A stretch of 64,000 nt of DNA. Source: the human T2T-CHM13v2.0 reference genome, Homo sapiens. Shown piece by piece: positions 1-17,441 of the stretch. The notes below the pieces were generated by a model. The model had not been told where the DNA came from, made no database searches, and was given only the letters and a program-made list of their open reading frames with translations. The stretch's first letter is position 1. Each line of letters opens with the position of its first letter. A program made the position numbers and the translations under genes. The stretch lies in NCBI RefSeq assembly GCF_009914755.1, contig NC_060929.1. One strand, written 5' to 3'.

Positions 1-605
1 CTCATTTGTTTCATGGTTACTTATGAAGATATTGAAGTTTTAGTGTACAGGCTACATGAGTATTAGATTATTCCTATTACCCCCTTTAGTGTAATACTAG
101 TCTGATAGCTTTTAGTATTAGTTTCAGTTAAAATTATTTACTCATTCATCTCACAAGTTTTTAAATTATGTGGAAACAATGCATATCTACTTGAGTTATG
201 AGTATTGAATGTGGACTTGGGGAAAATGCACATATTAATATGGAGAGAAGAAAATAAATATTCTATATTTCTTTTCTTGTTTTTGACTTATTCACATTAG
301 TTTCCTGCTTTTAGCATGGTCTTATTTCTGACTATCCTGTTAAGTGCTATAATTACTGTAGAAAATATTAAGATATAAGTGCTAATATTTCTGTAGAAAA
401 TTTTGAGACATCTATGTTCTGAAGCACTATTACAAATGTTCATTGTTTAAAACTTGAGATACCTAGATTATTCTGTATTACTTTGAGTTAAAAATTGTCA
501 ATTAATTTAACAACTAATTTACTTTAACAACTAGTTTAACTAATTTGTTAATTCATTTAACTTGCCATAAAATGATAAAGAAAAGTATTCCCCACAAATG
601 AAGTA

Positions 606-1128
606 CAGTATCCTCACTTAACATTGTCAGTGGGTTTTTGGCAATTGCAACTTTAAGTAAAAAGACATGTAGCAGATCCTGAGTAACATCATTTCCTTCA
701 AAGTAGTTTGATAGTATGATGCTGATGAGAAAAATAAATCAGATCTATTATATGTATGTATGTGTGTATGTATATATGTATTTTGGAGACAGGGTCTCAC
801 TTTGTCACCAAGGTGTGAAACGGCTTACTCTAGCTTCCACCTTCTGGGTTCAAGTGATCTTCCCACCTCAGCCTCTCAAGTAGCTGTGACTACAGGCATC
901 CACCACCGAGCTGGCTAACTTTTGTTTTTTGTTTCTTTGTAGAGACAGTGTTTTGTCATATTTTCCAGACTGGTCTTGGACCCCTGAGCTCAAGCCATCT
1001 GCCCACCTTGGCTCCCCAAAATACTGGTATTCCAGGTGTGAGCCACTGGCCCAGCCCAGGTTTGTTATGTGTTGCTTGCTTAAATTAGAAGTTTCCAAAA
1101 ACCTATAATGTTTAGTAAGAACTTATTG
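606..1128. mobile_element. MER6B/C-like Tigger-family MITE, split by an Alu
   Basis: Terminal inverted repeats CAGTATCCTCACTTAAC (606) and TTTAGTAAGAACTTATTG (ends 1128); 5' TA at 604-605; interior resembles MER6 consensus. Confidence 0.7.
750..1056 (-). mobile_element. AluJ with (TATG)n-converted tail
   Basis: GAGACAGGGTCTCACTTTGTCACC...GTGAGCCACTGGCCCAGCC; AluJ-type CTCAAG motifs. Confidence 0.9.
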
Positions 1129-1289
1129 TGCCTTAAATATTGCAAAGATACCAAGGACGTATGAAGAATTGGTTTGGTGATTATAATTTTATTGTACTCT
1201 CTTCAATAAAATGTCAATTTTAAGAACCTCTATAGTATACTTGTCACTGTGAAAGAACCAATTTAAGTACATCACTGTTAACTAAACTC

Positions 1290-1543
1290 CAGAGTTTAAT
1301 TTTACTTCATTAGTTTTTCCCTACTGCCGTTTTTCTATTCCAGGATCCCATCCAGGTGGCTACCTAATATTTAGTTGTCATATCTTCTTGGGCTCCTCTG
1401 GATTGTGATGGTTTCTTTTTTTCCTTTTCTTGATGACCTTGACAGCAGCAGCGGTCACACATTTTGTAGAATCTTCCTCATTTGGGATTTTTGGATGTTT
1501 CGTTGCAGTTAGATGGGGTTATGCATTTCTGAGGGAAAATATT
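1290..1543 (-). mobile_element. L1MC/L1MD-type 3' UTR fragment
   Basis: CAGGATCCCATCCAGG, TGATGACCTTGACAG, ATTTTGTAGAAT and GATGGGGTTATG match antisense L1MC/MD 3' ends. Confidence 0.65.
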
Positions 1544-4500
1544 GAAATTTTGAATGAAATTAACTACCTATATATACACTACATGAATTCCAAATATTTA
1601 TGGAATATAAGCAGTTTTGATATTTATTAATAGTCACATACTATGCTGAAGCCATTCATTTATTCACTCATTCATTTACATTTTATAAAATGCTGTTTTT
1701 ATAAAGAATATGATGATACATATACATTATTAATACATATAGCTATGAACAGACTGTGATATCCATACTAACATTTAATCCAAGACTGTTCATTTTAATG
1801 CAATGGGTTTTGCTGGTAATTGGTAATAAAAAAGCATCATTAACCAGTACATTAGGACATTCTGATTCACTCCTCTAGATTTCAGGCTTAAGAGGCCATT
1901 ACATTCTTAATGACCCTAACCAATGGAGGCAGTAGTTTTCCTCTCAAAGGAAAGTCCCAGAGTAGAGTTGTTTTCCTTGATTTATATACTAACTGGATGT
2001 AGTTAATTACAAAGTTCCAGTGATAAGTACAGAAAAACAATGTAGATGCTGCTTTTACTTTGGCTATTATTTCTGAGGAAAAGTCCATTATAATTCCAAT
2101 TGTCAATCTCTATGAGAAACATTTATCTGTTACAATTTTCTATATTTCAAAAAACCTTATAATGTTCTTATAGTTCTAAGAGATAAAAATTGAATATCCA
2201 AAAGGTTCTCTGTGTCTGATGACAGGGATATCTATAAATTTAGAGGTGAGATATCCACAAATTTAGAGGGAGATTATTTATTGTATGGATTTGCCAGAAC
2301 TTCTGTTCTTATGCTCTTGGATCAGCCAAAGACTTTGGACTCCAGAGGAAGTTTGATTTTCCAAATCTGTGCACTCCACAAACTTCATGTGATTGCCCTC
2401 AAATGCCAAGTTATTTGATTATTTATTTATATGGTGTGAACTCATTCCTGCTTGATTCAATCAGCAAGAACAGAACTGAATAGACTGTACCTTACTGTTG
2501 GAAATTTGGAACTACAAACTAGGGAACTTTAAATTTCAATTACACTGTTTTGCTCAACTGCCTCGGTTTATTTGCTGTTTCTCTGTTTTATTTCATAACA
2601 ACTTTTTATTTTGTTTTTTATTTGTCCTTAACGGTTTTTATAAATCTACTTTATTGAAAAGACTTAAAAGCTGCATTATCAGAACTCTTGAAAGGCAAAA
2701 AATACTCTCTCCACTCTGCACTATTATTTCATGCTATTATAAACCAGAAGCAAAGCAATTCCAAGACTCTCATTAAAAATTATAGGAAGGTAAAAGTTTG
2801 TTTGTCTTCATTTATTTAATACATGGGGGTTGTGTTGTTTCCAGATGCATATAAACTTTTTTGAATGTCTTATTTTGGATAATTCATAAATATCTTAAAC
2901 TGCTCAGTCTTAAAAAAAGGAATGAGAACAAAATACTCATGTAAAATTAATGATTTTTCCAATTACAAAAATACTGATATATTTCTAAAGACCGTTTTTA
3001 GATTCTTATAGAAAAACAGTAAGATATCTGTCTAGGAAAATACTAAATAATAAAGACAGTACAACTATTATAATTATGTTAATAACATCTCAAACATTGT
3101 TATTACCTAGATGAAGAAAGATTATGTCTTCACCAACTCATCTTTTTTCTTTTATTATTCAAAGTCTTCTATTGCAGCTATCAAATCTTGCACTTTTTTA
3201 GAAGTTTTGCAATTTGATTATCCTTAATTCAATAAATTGCACACCATGTTTAACATAGCAGGAATATTGCATTTAGATTTCTCTTGACATGTAATTAGTG
3301 TCTTTTTTCTGTAACTTATAAATTTCTACTAAATGCATGCATTTTACAATAGAATCACTGTTCATTATGAATACTACGAGAAAAAGACACCTAAAATATT
3401 TGCGTTATTTTGCAGTATAACTTCAAGTTGCTTAATGTCTCCGGTTCTGCACAATCTGATTTCTCCTCTGCCTCTCTATTCTTGTCTAAGGTGCTATTCC
3501 TCATCAAGGTTCCATTAATGACAAAATGATTTCTTCTGTGACAATGCATATCTCCTCAACTTTTGCAATTTCCTCAGCGTGTCTCTTTCTTGATTCTCCT
3601 CTTTTTTTTTTTTTTTACTAAGTTCTATTTCTTCCCTTAAAGCCTAGTTTAAGTTTTATTTCATTTATTATTCCTTAGCTAAGTAACTAGTCTACGGGAA
3701 TCATTGCTTCACCTATATTTTTTTAGTACCCACAGGCTGTGTATAAATAATTTACAAATTAATTCATATGCTAAGAGTTGTATATTATAGAAACATTTAT
3801 TTTTAGGTGTTGTCTTCAGAATAAATGACTGTAAGCAGCTTTCAAGTTATTGAAACTATATATATTTATATATATATACACGCATACACATCTACAACTA
3901 TATATAGAGAGGGAGTGGGAGAGAGAGAGCGAGAAAGTAGTTTTTACCTCTTAGTATAGTTTTTGTCCTATGAGAGTCTGGTGATAAATTGGTAATGTCT
4001 CATCAAACTCCTCAACTGATCCCACATGAGATGTTCCCAGGAATAACAAAAACGTTAATAAATGATACAGGAAACTGAAAAACCTTTCAGAATATTGGCA
4101 TTTTTATTCGTTCTTCTATCTGAATACAGTAGAGGGAGGGGAAAGATATACAAATATAACACCTACTCATAACAGGAAAAAGCAAGTTTGGATTGTGTGG
4201 ACAATGGTTCATGTTATTAGAACTATGAAACCCAGAAAGAAATCAAAGTGTATATCTGATCATTTGAAGACACATGTACATGTTGCTAGCATTCATCAAA
4301 TAGAATAATAATTTTAAAATTAAATTATGAAATATAAGCATATCACAATAAAAATGTAATCAATGAAGCTCATAATGGGAAATAATTCATTCTCATCAGA
4401 AACAGTATGTAAGAGCTGAGATGTTCACTTGCCAATTTACTTTAAACCAATAGTAAAAATAGAAATGCACATACAATTTTATATATGTTGATCATTTTCA

Positions 4501-4894
4501 TATTAGATGAAATGAGACTGGTTCTTCAATTTTGATCTTGTGATAATTTCCTTTTCCACAGAAATTTATTGATACCTAGTTGTATGTTTATTAATGCAGG
4601 TGATACTTAAAGGTAAAATTATGATGAGTCAAGCTGTGCTGAAGATAAAACTAGAGAGAAAAAAGTTGCATTGTTTTGGAGTTTATTTTTCACTCTATTA
4701 AAATAGGAAACTACATGGTGCATTTTGAATAAAATGTAAAAAGTGGTTTGGAACACAGCATAATAGTTCTAGTCATCCTGAACTATCTAGACATCTAATA
4801 TATTGAAAAAAATAAAACAGCAGAATGATCAAGCAGAATGAAAATTGTTCCCCCGGATACCCAGCTCAACATTCTAAAGACAACACTCGGATGA

Positions 4895-7025
<2,131 letters not shown>

Positions 7026-7200
7026 GGCAACACTCTGCTATTATTTCAAATTAACCCTTTCTGACATTCAACTTCACACATATTTTCTTTTTATCTAACG
7101 TTTCAGTAATTAATTTGTTATCTAATTAATTACTTATAATTAATTAATTATACTGTGCACTCGTTGAAGGGAGAGCATTTTAAAGTATTTTTTTTTTTTT

Positions 7201-9506
7201 TTTGCGGATGATGTGATAGAAAACCTCATAGTCTCTGCCAAAAGTCTTCTAGAAGTGATAAAAACATCAGTAAAGTTTTAGGATACAAAATCATTTCTAT
7301 ACACCAATAACATTCAAGCTGATGGCCAAATTAAGAATATAATCTCATTTAGAATAGCCATAAAAAGAATAAAATACCTAGGAATGCAGCTAACTATGGA
7401 AGTGAAAGATCTCCATAATAAGACTAACAAAACACTGCTGAGAGAAATCAGAAAAAACACAAACAAATAGAAAAACATTTAATTCTCATGGACAGAAAGA
7501 ATTAGTATAGTTAAATGGCCATACTGGCCAAAGCAATTTACAGATTTAATGTTATTCCTCTCAAATTACCAACATTATATTTTGCAAAATTAGAAAAAAA
7601 AAACTATTCTGCAATTTATATAGAAACAACAAAAAAAGCTAGAATTGCCAAAATAATCCTAGGCAAGATAAAAAAAAAAAAAAAAAGCTGGAAGCATCAT
7701 GCTACTTAACTTTAAACTATACTAGAAAACTACAGTAGTCAAAACATCACAGTACAGGTGCAAAACCAGACCAAAAGACCAATGGAACAGGTTCAAGAAT
7801 ATGGAGATAAAGCTGCATGCCTGCAACCATCTGATTTTCAACAAAGTTGAAAGTAACAAGAATGGGAAAAGGAATCCTTAATCAATACATTTTATTGGGA
7901 CAACCATCTAGTCATGTGAAGAAGACTGATACCAGACCCCTTCCTTTAGCCATATAAAAAAATAAACTCAAGATGGATTCAAGACTCTAATATAAGACCT
8001 ATAACTATAAAACCCTAGAAGAACACAGGGGAACTACCATTCTGGACATAGTCTCTGGCAAATATTTCATGAGGAGGTATCCAAAAGCAATTGCAACAAA
8101 AACAAAAATAGATAAGTGTGACCTAATTAAACTAAAGAGTTTCTGCACGGCAAAAGAAACTCAAGAGAATAAACACAACCTACAAAATGGGAGAAAATAT
8201 TTGCAAATTATGCATTTGACAAAACTCTAATATCTAGAATTCATGAGAAGCATAAATCAACAAGCAAAAAACAACCCGGTTAATAAATGGGCAAATGACA
8301 TGAAGAAACACTACTGAAAAGAAGACATATAAGCAGTAATATGGTTTGGCTTTGTCCCCACCCAAATCTCATTTTGAATTGTAATCCCCTAATCCCCATG
8401 TGCCGAGAGAGGGACCTGGTAGGAGGTGATTGGATCATGGGGGCAGTTTAGGTCATGCTGTTCTCATGATAACAAGTGAGTTCTCACAAGATTTGATGGT
8501 TTCTTAAGCATCTAGCATTTCCCCTGCTTGCACTTCTCTTTCCTGCCACCATGTGAAGAAGGTCCTTTCTCCCCCTTTACCTTCTGCCATAATTGTAACT
8601 TTTGTGAGGCCTCCAAGTGGATCTGTGAGTCAATTAAACCTCTTTCTTTTATAAATTACCCAGTCTCACAGTATTTTTATAGCAATGTGAAAATAAAGTA
8701 ATACAAGCAACCAACAAATTATGACAAAATGCTCAATATCACTCACTAATCATTAAAGAAATGTGGATCAAACCGTGATGAGATACCATCTCATACCAGT
8801 CAGAATGACTATAATTAGAATGTCAAAAATAACATATGGCAAGGTTGTGGAGAAAAAGGATTGCTTATACACTGTTGGTGGGAAGGTAGATTAGTTCAGT
8901 CACTGTGGAAAGCAGTGTGGAGATTTCTCCAAGAACTTAAAACAGAAATACCGTTTAACCTAGCAATTCTATTACTTGGTATATACGCTAAAGAATATAA
9001 ACTCTTTTACCAAAAAGACACATGCACTTGTATGTTGATTGCAACACTATTCACGGTAACAAAGGCATGGAATCAACCTAGATGCCCATCAACAGTAGAC
9101 TGGATAATGAAAATGTGGTACATAGGTGCCATGGAATACTCCACAGCCATAAAAAAGAATGAAATCATGTCATCTGCAGCAACATGGATGCAGTTTGAAG
9201 CCATCAACCTAAGCAAATTAATGCAGAAACAAATAACCAAACACCGCATGTTCAAACTTATAAGTGGAAGCTAAACATTGAGTACACATGGACACAAAGA
9301 TGAGAACAATGGACAGTGAGGCCTACTTGAGGCAGGAGGTTAGGAGGAGGGTGAAGTTCAAAAAACTACCTGTCAGATATTATACTTACTACTTGGGTGA
9401 CAAAATCATTTGTACACAAAATCCCAGTGAAACACAATTTATCCATGTAATATACCTGCATGTGTACCTCCTGAGCTTAAAACAAAAGATGAAAAAAAAG
9501 AAGTAA
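7201..9506 (+). mobile_element. 5'-truncated older L1 (L1PA15/16-like), interrupted by a THE1 LTR
   Basis: ORF2 remnants 7515-7709 and 8861-9274; 3' UTR GCTAAACATTGAGTACACATGGACACAAAG...AAAAACTACCTG; A-rich end. Confidence 0.9.
8337..8705 (+). mobile_element. THE1D-like solo MaLR LTR
   Basis: ATGGTTTGGC...CCCCACCCAAATCTC start, ...TAATACA end; 5-bp TSD agcag/agcaa. Confidence 0.9.
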
Positions 9507-9509
9507 AAT

Positions 9510-11317
9510 AAAGATTCTAATGAGTCTATTTTTCATAATAAGGAGAGTGCTGATAGTCCATAGTGTAATCTAGTGATAGAATTATACAAAATATGTCCAT
9601 TAAATAATCCTAGTTAGCCACTTATAAGAAGCAAGGAGCTAAGTGGCTCTGTATATTATATTTTCAAATATTTTTGAAAAACTAATGAATACAACGGGAG
9701 TGGCTTTTTGCTTATAATAGCTCTGGATGAAGTGCCAAAAGAAAAGGATAAGTTCAGGGATTTAAATTCTAAACTCAAGCACTGTATAAATGACCTGAAG
9801 GCATCTAAATATGCCCTGAAGGAGCTTCTTATTTCCTGTAGCCACAAAGCTGAAACAGCTGACAATGAAACACAGAATTTCATCTGCCAATTGACTAAAT
9901 TACAATGCAAGTTGAACTCCCAGCTTCATAGGGTGTCTACGGTTAAAGTGAGGGCATTGATTGAGAAAGAATGAGATGCCATAACTTTTCATGTGAACAT
10001 GTGTGAACCCCAGATTAAATTGGAACATTGAGCCCCTAAATTCTAATACGTTTTATCAACAAACGAGTGCTCACTTCCAGTAGAAATGGTCTCCCCACCC
10101 CTAGCGAAATGGCCTCCCCCAACCCTCTACAAGTTACTACCCCAACCCCAGTTGTAGTGACTGCTCCATCCATAACTGAGCAGAGTAACCCTACAATGCC
10201 TGAGAAAACTGTAGTGGCTTCCCTAAGGCAGCTGTCATGCAAGACAATGCTAATTTTCTCAGGACTTACCCGTACCACCCCATTTTGCTTCTACTTCTAT
10301 AACTCAAATGAAGTTCCAGCATCCCTCTAAAGGTGAGGTATCAAATGTGACCCAAGAAGAAGTATGCTAGACTTCAAAGAACCATGTGAGTTTTATAATT
10401 TATAGACAAATCTAAGGTACGTGTGTGGGAATAGATATTGAGAACGTGGGATAATAGTGAAAGGAGCATAAAGTTGGATCGGTTTAAGTTTATTGATATG
10501 AGTTCACTAAGCAGAGATATTGTATTTACTGTTGCAGCTTGAGAAATTTGAGAGAGCTCTAAAGTTTGGTTGGTTGGTAGGTTAAAATATGAGCCAAAAA
10601 GTTGCCCACAGTAAGCAAATAGGAAATTCCAAATATGCCTTGGTATAATGCAGACGAAGGGATAAAAAGGCTTAGGGAAATTGAACTGTTAGAGTGAATT
10701 TGTCATTGAAGACCACTGGGAGGGTCTAGAAGACATACCATTTACAATATTGTGAGAACAATTTGTGAGTGGAGCCCTGGCTTCCTTGAAAAGCTCTGTC
10801 ACTGCTAGTCTGTAAACCAGACCTCTCAGTGGGAATTGCAGTCACTGATCTGGGAAACCTAAATGCGGTAGTGGTAATTGGATCCTGGAGTGGCAGTGAC
10901 CAAGTGGCAGCATTCAATGATGAAAGGAAAGGTGAGCGTGGTAATCTTAATGGATAGCATTGTCAAAGCAACAATCAGAATAGTCTCACTTGCACAGACC
11001 TATGGCATGGACTAGTCGATCATGAAATTTCTAGAAGTGAAGTAGACAAAAAGCCTGCTAAGTTCTTATTTGATCTATCTAAATACAAAAGTTCTAGGTC
11101 AAGTCAACAAAAGGCTAATTTTAATCACAAAAAGTCATGACCCCACAATCAATTCCCAGAACTAGGTTCTACAGACTTAGAACCCCTTGAATGAAGAAAC
11201 CTATGGTCTTTTATCTAAATAACTGTGCATTGAATAATGGAAAATAATCAGGCCTTTTGGGAACTACTGGACACTGGTCCTGAACTGACATTAATTCCGG
11301 GAGACCCAAAACATCAC
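9510..11317 (+). mobile_element. ERV-L internal region: decayed gag and 5' part of protease
   Basis: ORF 9708-9974 ends VSTVKVRALIEKE (ERV-L gag VKVRALIGKEWD motif); LLDTG protease motif at 11264-11278. Confidence 0.85.
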
Positions 11318-11461
11318 TGTATTAGTCTATTTTCACACTGCTATAAAGGACTACCTGAGGCTGGGTAATTTATGACAAAAAGAGATTTAATTGGCTCACC
11401 TTTCTGTAGGCCTAACAGGAAGCATGCCTGGGAGGCCTCAGCAAACTTACAATTATGGTAG

Positions 11462-11844
<383 letters not shown>

Positions 11845-13129
11845 ACACACAAACTTTTAAACAACCAGATCTTGTGAGAATTCTATCATGAGACAACACT
11901 AGGGGGATGGTGACAAACCATTAGAAACTACCTCCATGATCCAATCACATTCCACTAGACCCCACCTTTAACATGTGTGGATTACAATTCAACATGAGAT
12001 TTGGTTGGGGACACAAAGCCAAACTGTATCATTCTACTCCTGGCCTCTTCCAAATCTCATGTCATTCTCACAATTCAAAACATAATCATGTCACCCCAAC
12101 AGTCTGCCAAAGTCTTAACTTAACTCATTCCAGCACTAACCAAAAAGTACAGGTCCAAAGTCTCATCTGAGACTAGGCAAGTCTCTCCCACCTATGAGCC
12201 TGTAAAATAAAATAAAATAAAAAAACAAGCTAGTTACTTCTAAGATGCAATGGGGATACAGGCATTGGGTAAATGCTCCTATTCCAAAAGGGAGTAATTG
12301 ATCAAAACAAAAGGGCTACAGGCCCCATGGAAGTCCAATACCAGTAAGGCCATCAATAAATCTTAAAGCTCCAAAATCTCCTTTGACTCCATGTTTCATA
12401 TCAGGCCACACTGACACAAGGGGTAGGCTCCTAAGCCCTTGGGCAGCTTCACCCCTGTGGGTCTTCAGGGCATAGCCCCTACAGCTGCTTTCATGGGATG
12501 AGGTTGACTATCCGAAGCTTTTCCAAATGCATGGTGCAAACAGTTGGTAGATCTACCATTCTTGGATTTCGAGGACTGTGGCCCTCATCTCACAGCTTCA
12601 CAAAGGAGTGCCCCAGCTGGGACTCTTTTTGGGCTCCAACTCCACATTTCCCCTCTGCATTGCCCTAGTAGAGCTTCCTAGTGAAGGCTCTGCCCCTGCA
12701 GCAGACTTCTCCCTGGACATCCAGGTGTTTTCATACATCCTCTAAAATCTAGGTGGAGGCTCCCAAGCCTCAACTCTTGCCTTCTGCACACTTGCAGTCC
12801 AACACTATGTGGAAGCCACCAATGCTTGTGGTTTGCACCCTCTCAAGCAGCAGCTTGAGCTCTATCTTGGCCCCTTTTAGCCATGCCTAGAGCTGGAGCT
12901 GCTGGGATGCAAAGTGCTGTGTCCTGAGACTGTACAGAGAAATAGGGATAGGGCCCTTGTCCTGGTTCAGGGATTATTTTTCCCTCCCAGGCCTCCAGGC
13001 TTGTAATGGGAGGGGCTACCATGAAGGTTTCAAAACACCTTGAATGCATTTTTTGCATTGTCTTGGCTATTAACATTCTGCTCCTCTTTACTTACACAAA
13101 TTTCTGCAGCCCTGAATTCCTTCCTATAA

Positions 13130-13388
<259 letters not shown>

Positions 13389-14274
13389 GTGATTCAAACT
13401 TTTATGCTCTGCTTCTCTTTTCAATATAAGTTCCAAATTCAAACCATATCTTTCTTCAGAGATATTAGCATACACTATTAGAAACAGCCAGGCCCCATCT
13501 TTAACACTTTGTTGCTTTAGAAATTTTTAAGGCCAGATACCCTAAATCATTTCTCTGAAGTTCAAATTTCCACAGATTTCTAGGGCAAGGGAACAATGCC
13601 ACCAGTCTCTTTACTAAAGCAGTAGTGACCTTAACTACAGTTCCCAATAAGTTTCTCATCTCCACCTGAGACCACCTCAGCCTGGGCTTCATTGTCTGCA
13701 TCACTATCATCATTTTGGTCAAAATAATTCAGAATGGCTCTAGGAAGTTCCAAACTTTTCCACGTCTTCCTGTCTTTTTCTGAGCCCTCCAAACTGTTCT
13801 AACCTCTGCCCAGTACCCACTTCCAAAGTAACTTTCACATTTTCAGGTATCTTTATAGCAGTGTCCCACTCTCCTGATATGAATTTACTGTATTAGTCCA
13901 TTTTCACACTGGTATAAAGAACTACCTGAGACTGGGAAATTTATGAAGAAAAGACATTAAATTGACTCAAAATTTATCAGGCATAACTGGGAGGCCTCAG
14001 GAAACTTAGAATCATGGTGGAAGGTGAAGTGGAAACACAGGTCTACTTCACATGGTGGCAGGAGATAGAGAACATGATGGGGGGGAAGTTCCACACACTT
14101 TTAAACAACCAGATGTCTGGAGAACTCTATCATAAGACAGCATTGGGGGATGATGCCAAAACATTAGACACGACCCCTATTATCCAATCACCTCCCACCA
14201 GTCCCCACATTTAATACGTGGGAATTAAAATTTGACATGCAATTTGGGTGAGGACATAGAGCCAAACAATATCA

Positions 14275-17190
14275 ATCACTATTGCCCACCAGCCAGAGTA
14301 GGGGCTTATGGAAGTCAGGTAATCAATGGAGATTTATCTCAAGTCTATCTCATAGTGGGCCCAGTGAGTCCCTGAACTCATTCTGTGGTCAGTTCCTCCA
14401 TTCCAGAAAACATAATTGGAATAGACATATTCAACACCTGGCAGAATCCCTACATTAGTTTGCCAACCAGTGAAGTGAGGGCTACTACAATGGAAAAGGC
14501 CAAGTGGAAGCCACTAGAACTTCGTCTGCGTAACAAAATAATGAACCAAAGTAACACTGTGTTCTTCATGGAGAGGTTGCAAGTATTAATGCTACCATCA
14601 AGGACTTGAAAGATGTAGGGGCTAGTGATCGTCATCATATCTCCATTTCACTTACCTGTTTTACCTGTGCTGAAGACAAATGGATCTTGAGAAATAACAG
14701 TAGATTATCAAAAGCTCAACCAGGTGATGATGCCAATTGCAGCTGCTTTACCAGATGTGGTTTCATTGCTAGAAAAAACACATATACCCTGGTACCTAAT
14801 ATGCAGCTATTGGTCTGACAAATGCCCTTTTTATTATAACTGTCGATAAAACTCACCAGAAGCAGTATGCTTTCAGTTGGCAAAACCAGCAATACACCTT
14901 TGCTGCTCTACCTCAGTATTTCAACACTTCAGCCCTGTCATCACTTAGTTTGCAGCAAACTTGATTGCCTTTATCTTTTACAAAATATCATACTAGTTCA
15001 TTATCTTGATGACATTATGCTGCATAAAGTACCTAGTACATTTCCTAGTAATGAAGAAGTAATTACTACTTAACACTTAGTGATAAGACATTTGTGTGTC
15101 AGAGGATGAGAAATAAAATCATCAACTCATAACTAAAATTCAGGAGGCTTCCGTCTTTGTTGACATTTCTAGGGGTTCAGTGGTATGGGGCTTGTCAAGG
15201 CGTTTCTTCTAAGGTAAAGAACAAGTTGTTGCATCTATCTTGTCCTACAATCAAGAAGGAGGAACAATACCTCGTGGGTCTACTTGGATTTTGTAGGCAA
15301 CATGTTTAGGTGTGTTAATGTGACCCATTCAACAAGTAACCTGAAAAGCTGCTAATTTGAATGGGGCCAAGGACAACAGAAGGTTCTGCAACAGGTCCAA
15401 GATGCTGAATTAGTTGTTCTGGCACTCCACCATATAACTTTGCAGATTTAGTAGTGCTTGAAGTGTTAGTGGCAAATAGGCATACTCCTTGAAACCAATG
15501 GGGTATCCCTATAGGTGACTGGCTGCACAATACCTTAGGATTTTGGAGCAAGTAGATAACTACTCTCTTTTTGAGAGATAGGTCTTGGCCTGCTATTGGA
15601 CTTTATTAAAACCTGAATGATTAACCATGAGTTGACAAGTTACTGTGCAATCTGAGCTACCCATCATAAACCAGATGTCATGTAACTCACTACATCACAC
15701 ATTTAGGCACACACAGCAGCAATTTATAATCAAATCAAAATGGTCTATATGTAATTGGTCCCCAGTAGGTCCTGAAGGCACAAGGAAGTTAGACGAAAAA
15801 GTGGTCCAAATGCCCATGGTCCCTGCTCTGCTACACGGCCTTCTCTCTCCCAGTCTGCACCTATGGCCTCAGAAAGAGTTCCCTACAATTTGCTAACACA
15901 AAGAGAATACTTGGGCTCAGTTTACAGGTGGGTATACATAAAATGCAGGCACTACTCAAAAGTGGACAGCTGTAGCACAACAGCTTTTTGGACATTTCTG
16001 AAGAACACTGATGAAAAACAAAATTACCAGTGGGCAGAACTAAGAGCAGCACACCTGATTGTTCACTTTGCTTGGAAAAACATATAGGCACATGTGCCTA
16101 TACACTGATTCATCGGCTGTAAGCAATAATGTGGCTGGGTGTTCAGAGCTTAGAAACAAACATAATTGAAAAACTTGTGATGAGAAAATTTGGGGATGAC
16201 ATATGGGCTTATGAACAAAGGGTTCATAGTGGCAGAGATGGAAGCTATGCATGGGCTCAGCAACATGGACTTCCTCATCATGGCCAACCTGGCTATGACA
16301 ACTGCAAAGTACCCAATCTGCCAGCAGCAACAGAGATCAACAGTATTTCCGAGGGTGATTATTCAGCAACCTGGTGGCAGATTGGTTACGTTGGACCACT
16401 TCTATCATGGAAGGGGCAGAATTTTTTTCTTACTGTTCTTACTGGAATAGACACTATGCATACAGATTTGCCTTCCCTAAATGCAGTATTTCTGCCACAA
16501 TTACCATCGGGGACTGATAGAATGTTTTAACCACTGTCATAATACTCCACACAGCATTGCCAGTGACCTAGAGACTTCCTTCACAACAAAATTGTGGTAA
16601 TCTGCAATGGAATGCACTGATCTTGCCATGTTCCCCAATGTACTGAAGGAGATGACTTCATAGAACAGTAAAGTAGCCCTTTAAAGACTCAGTTACAGTG
16701 CTGATGTAGTTAGACTCTGTGTCCCCCACAAATCTTATGTTGAACTGTGATCTTCAGTGTTGGAGGAAGGGCCTGATGGGAGGTGACTGGATCATGGGGA
16801 TGGATTTTCCTCTTGCTGTTCTGGAGATAGTGAGTGAGTTCTCATGAGATCTGGTCGTGTAAAAGTGTGTAGCACTTCCTCCTTCACTCTCTCTCTCCTG
16901 CTCCACCATGGAAGACTAGCTTGCTTCCCCCTTTGCCTTCCACAATGATTGTAAGTTTCCTGAGGCCTCCCAGTCATGCTTCCTGTACAGCCTATGTAAC
17001 TGTGAGTCAATTAAATCTCTTCTCTTCATAAATTACCTAGTCTCAGGTAGCTCTTTATTGCAGTGTTAGAACAGACTAATAAAAGTGTCAAGTAGCTGGC
17101 AATATTTTGCAGGGCTGAGGTAAGTTTCTCCAAAATGCTCTATATACTCTGAATCAGCCCAATATATGGTGCTGCTTCTCCTATAGCCAG
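14275..17190 (+). mobile_element. ERV-L internal region continued: decayed pro/RT/RNase H/integrase
   Basis: LVHYLDDIML (YLDD at 15002-15013); AKWKPLEL; integrase remnants YPICQQQQR, ATWWQIGYVGPLLSWKGQ, TGIDT; many stops and frameshifts. Confidence 0.88.
16702..17083 (+). mobile_element. MSTA-like solo LTR in ERV-L integrase
   Basis: TGATGTAGTTAG start, ...GACTAATA end; TSD agtgc/agtgt. Confidence 0.88.
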
Positions 17191-17191
17191 C

Positions 17192-17441
17192 ATGTTAGTT
17201 CACGCTGCTATATCAAAGTACCTTAGATTGGGAGATTCATAAATAACAGAAACATATTTCTCACAGTTCTAGAAGCTGGAAGTCTGCAATGAGGATGCCA
17301 GCATGGTTAGATTTTGATAAATACTTTCTTCCAGATTATGAATGGCTGACTTCTTTTCGTGTCTTCACATGGTGCAAAGAGAACTAGTTAGCTATTTGGC
17401 TTGTTCTTATATGAAGACTAATCCCATTCATGAGGACTCAA
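17192..17441 (-). mobile_element. MLT1A/MSTD-like LTR fragment (truncated)
   Basis: TTTCTCACAGTTCTAGAAGCTGGAAGTC, CTTCACATGG, CTAATCCCATTCATGAGG. Confidence 0.75.

Noticed and set aside
16129-16530. 133-aa ORF as a domesticated integrase
   Set aside because: Frameshifted mosaic of ERV-L integrase with the first catalytic Asp and a zinc-finger Cys substituted
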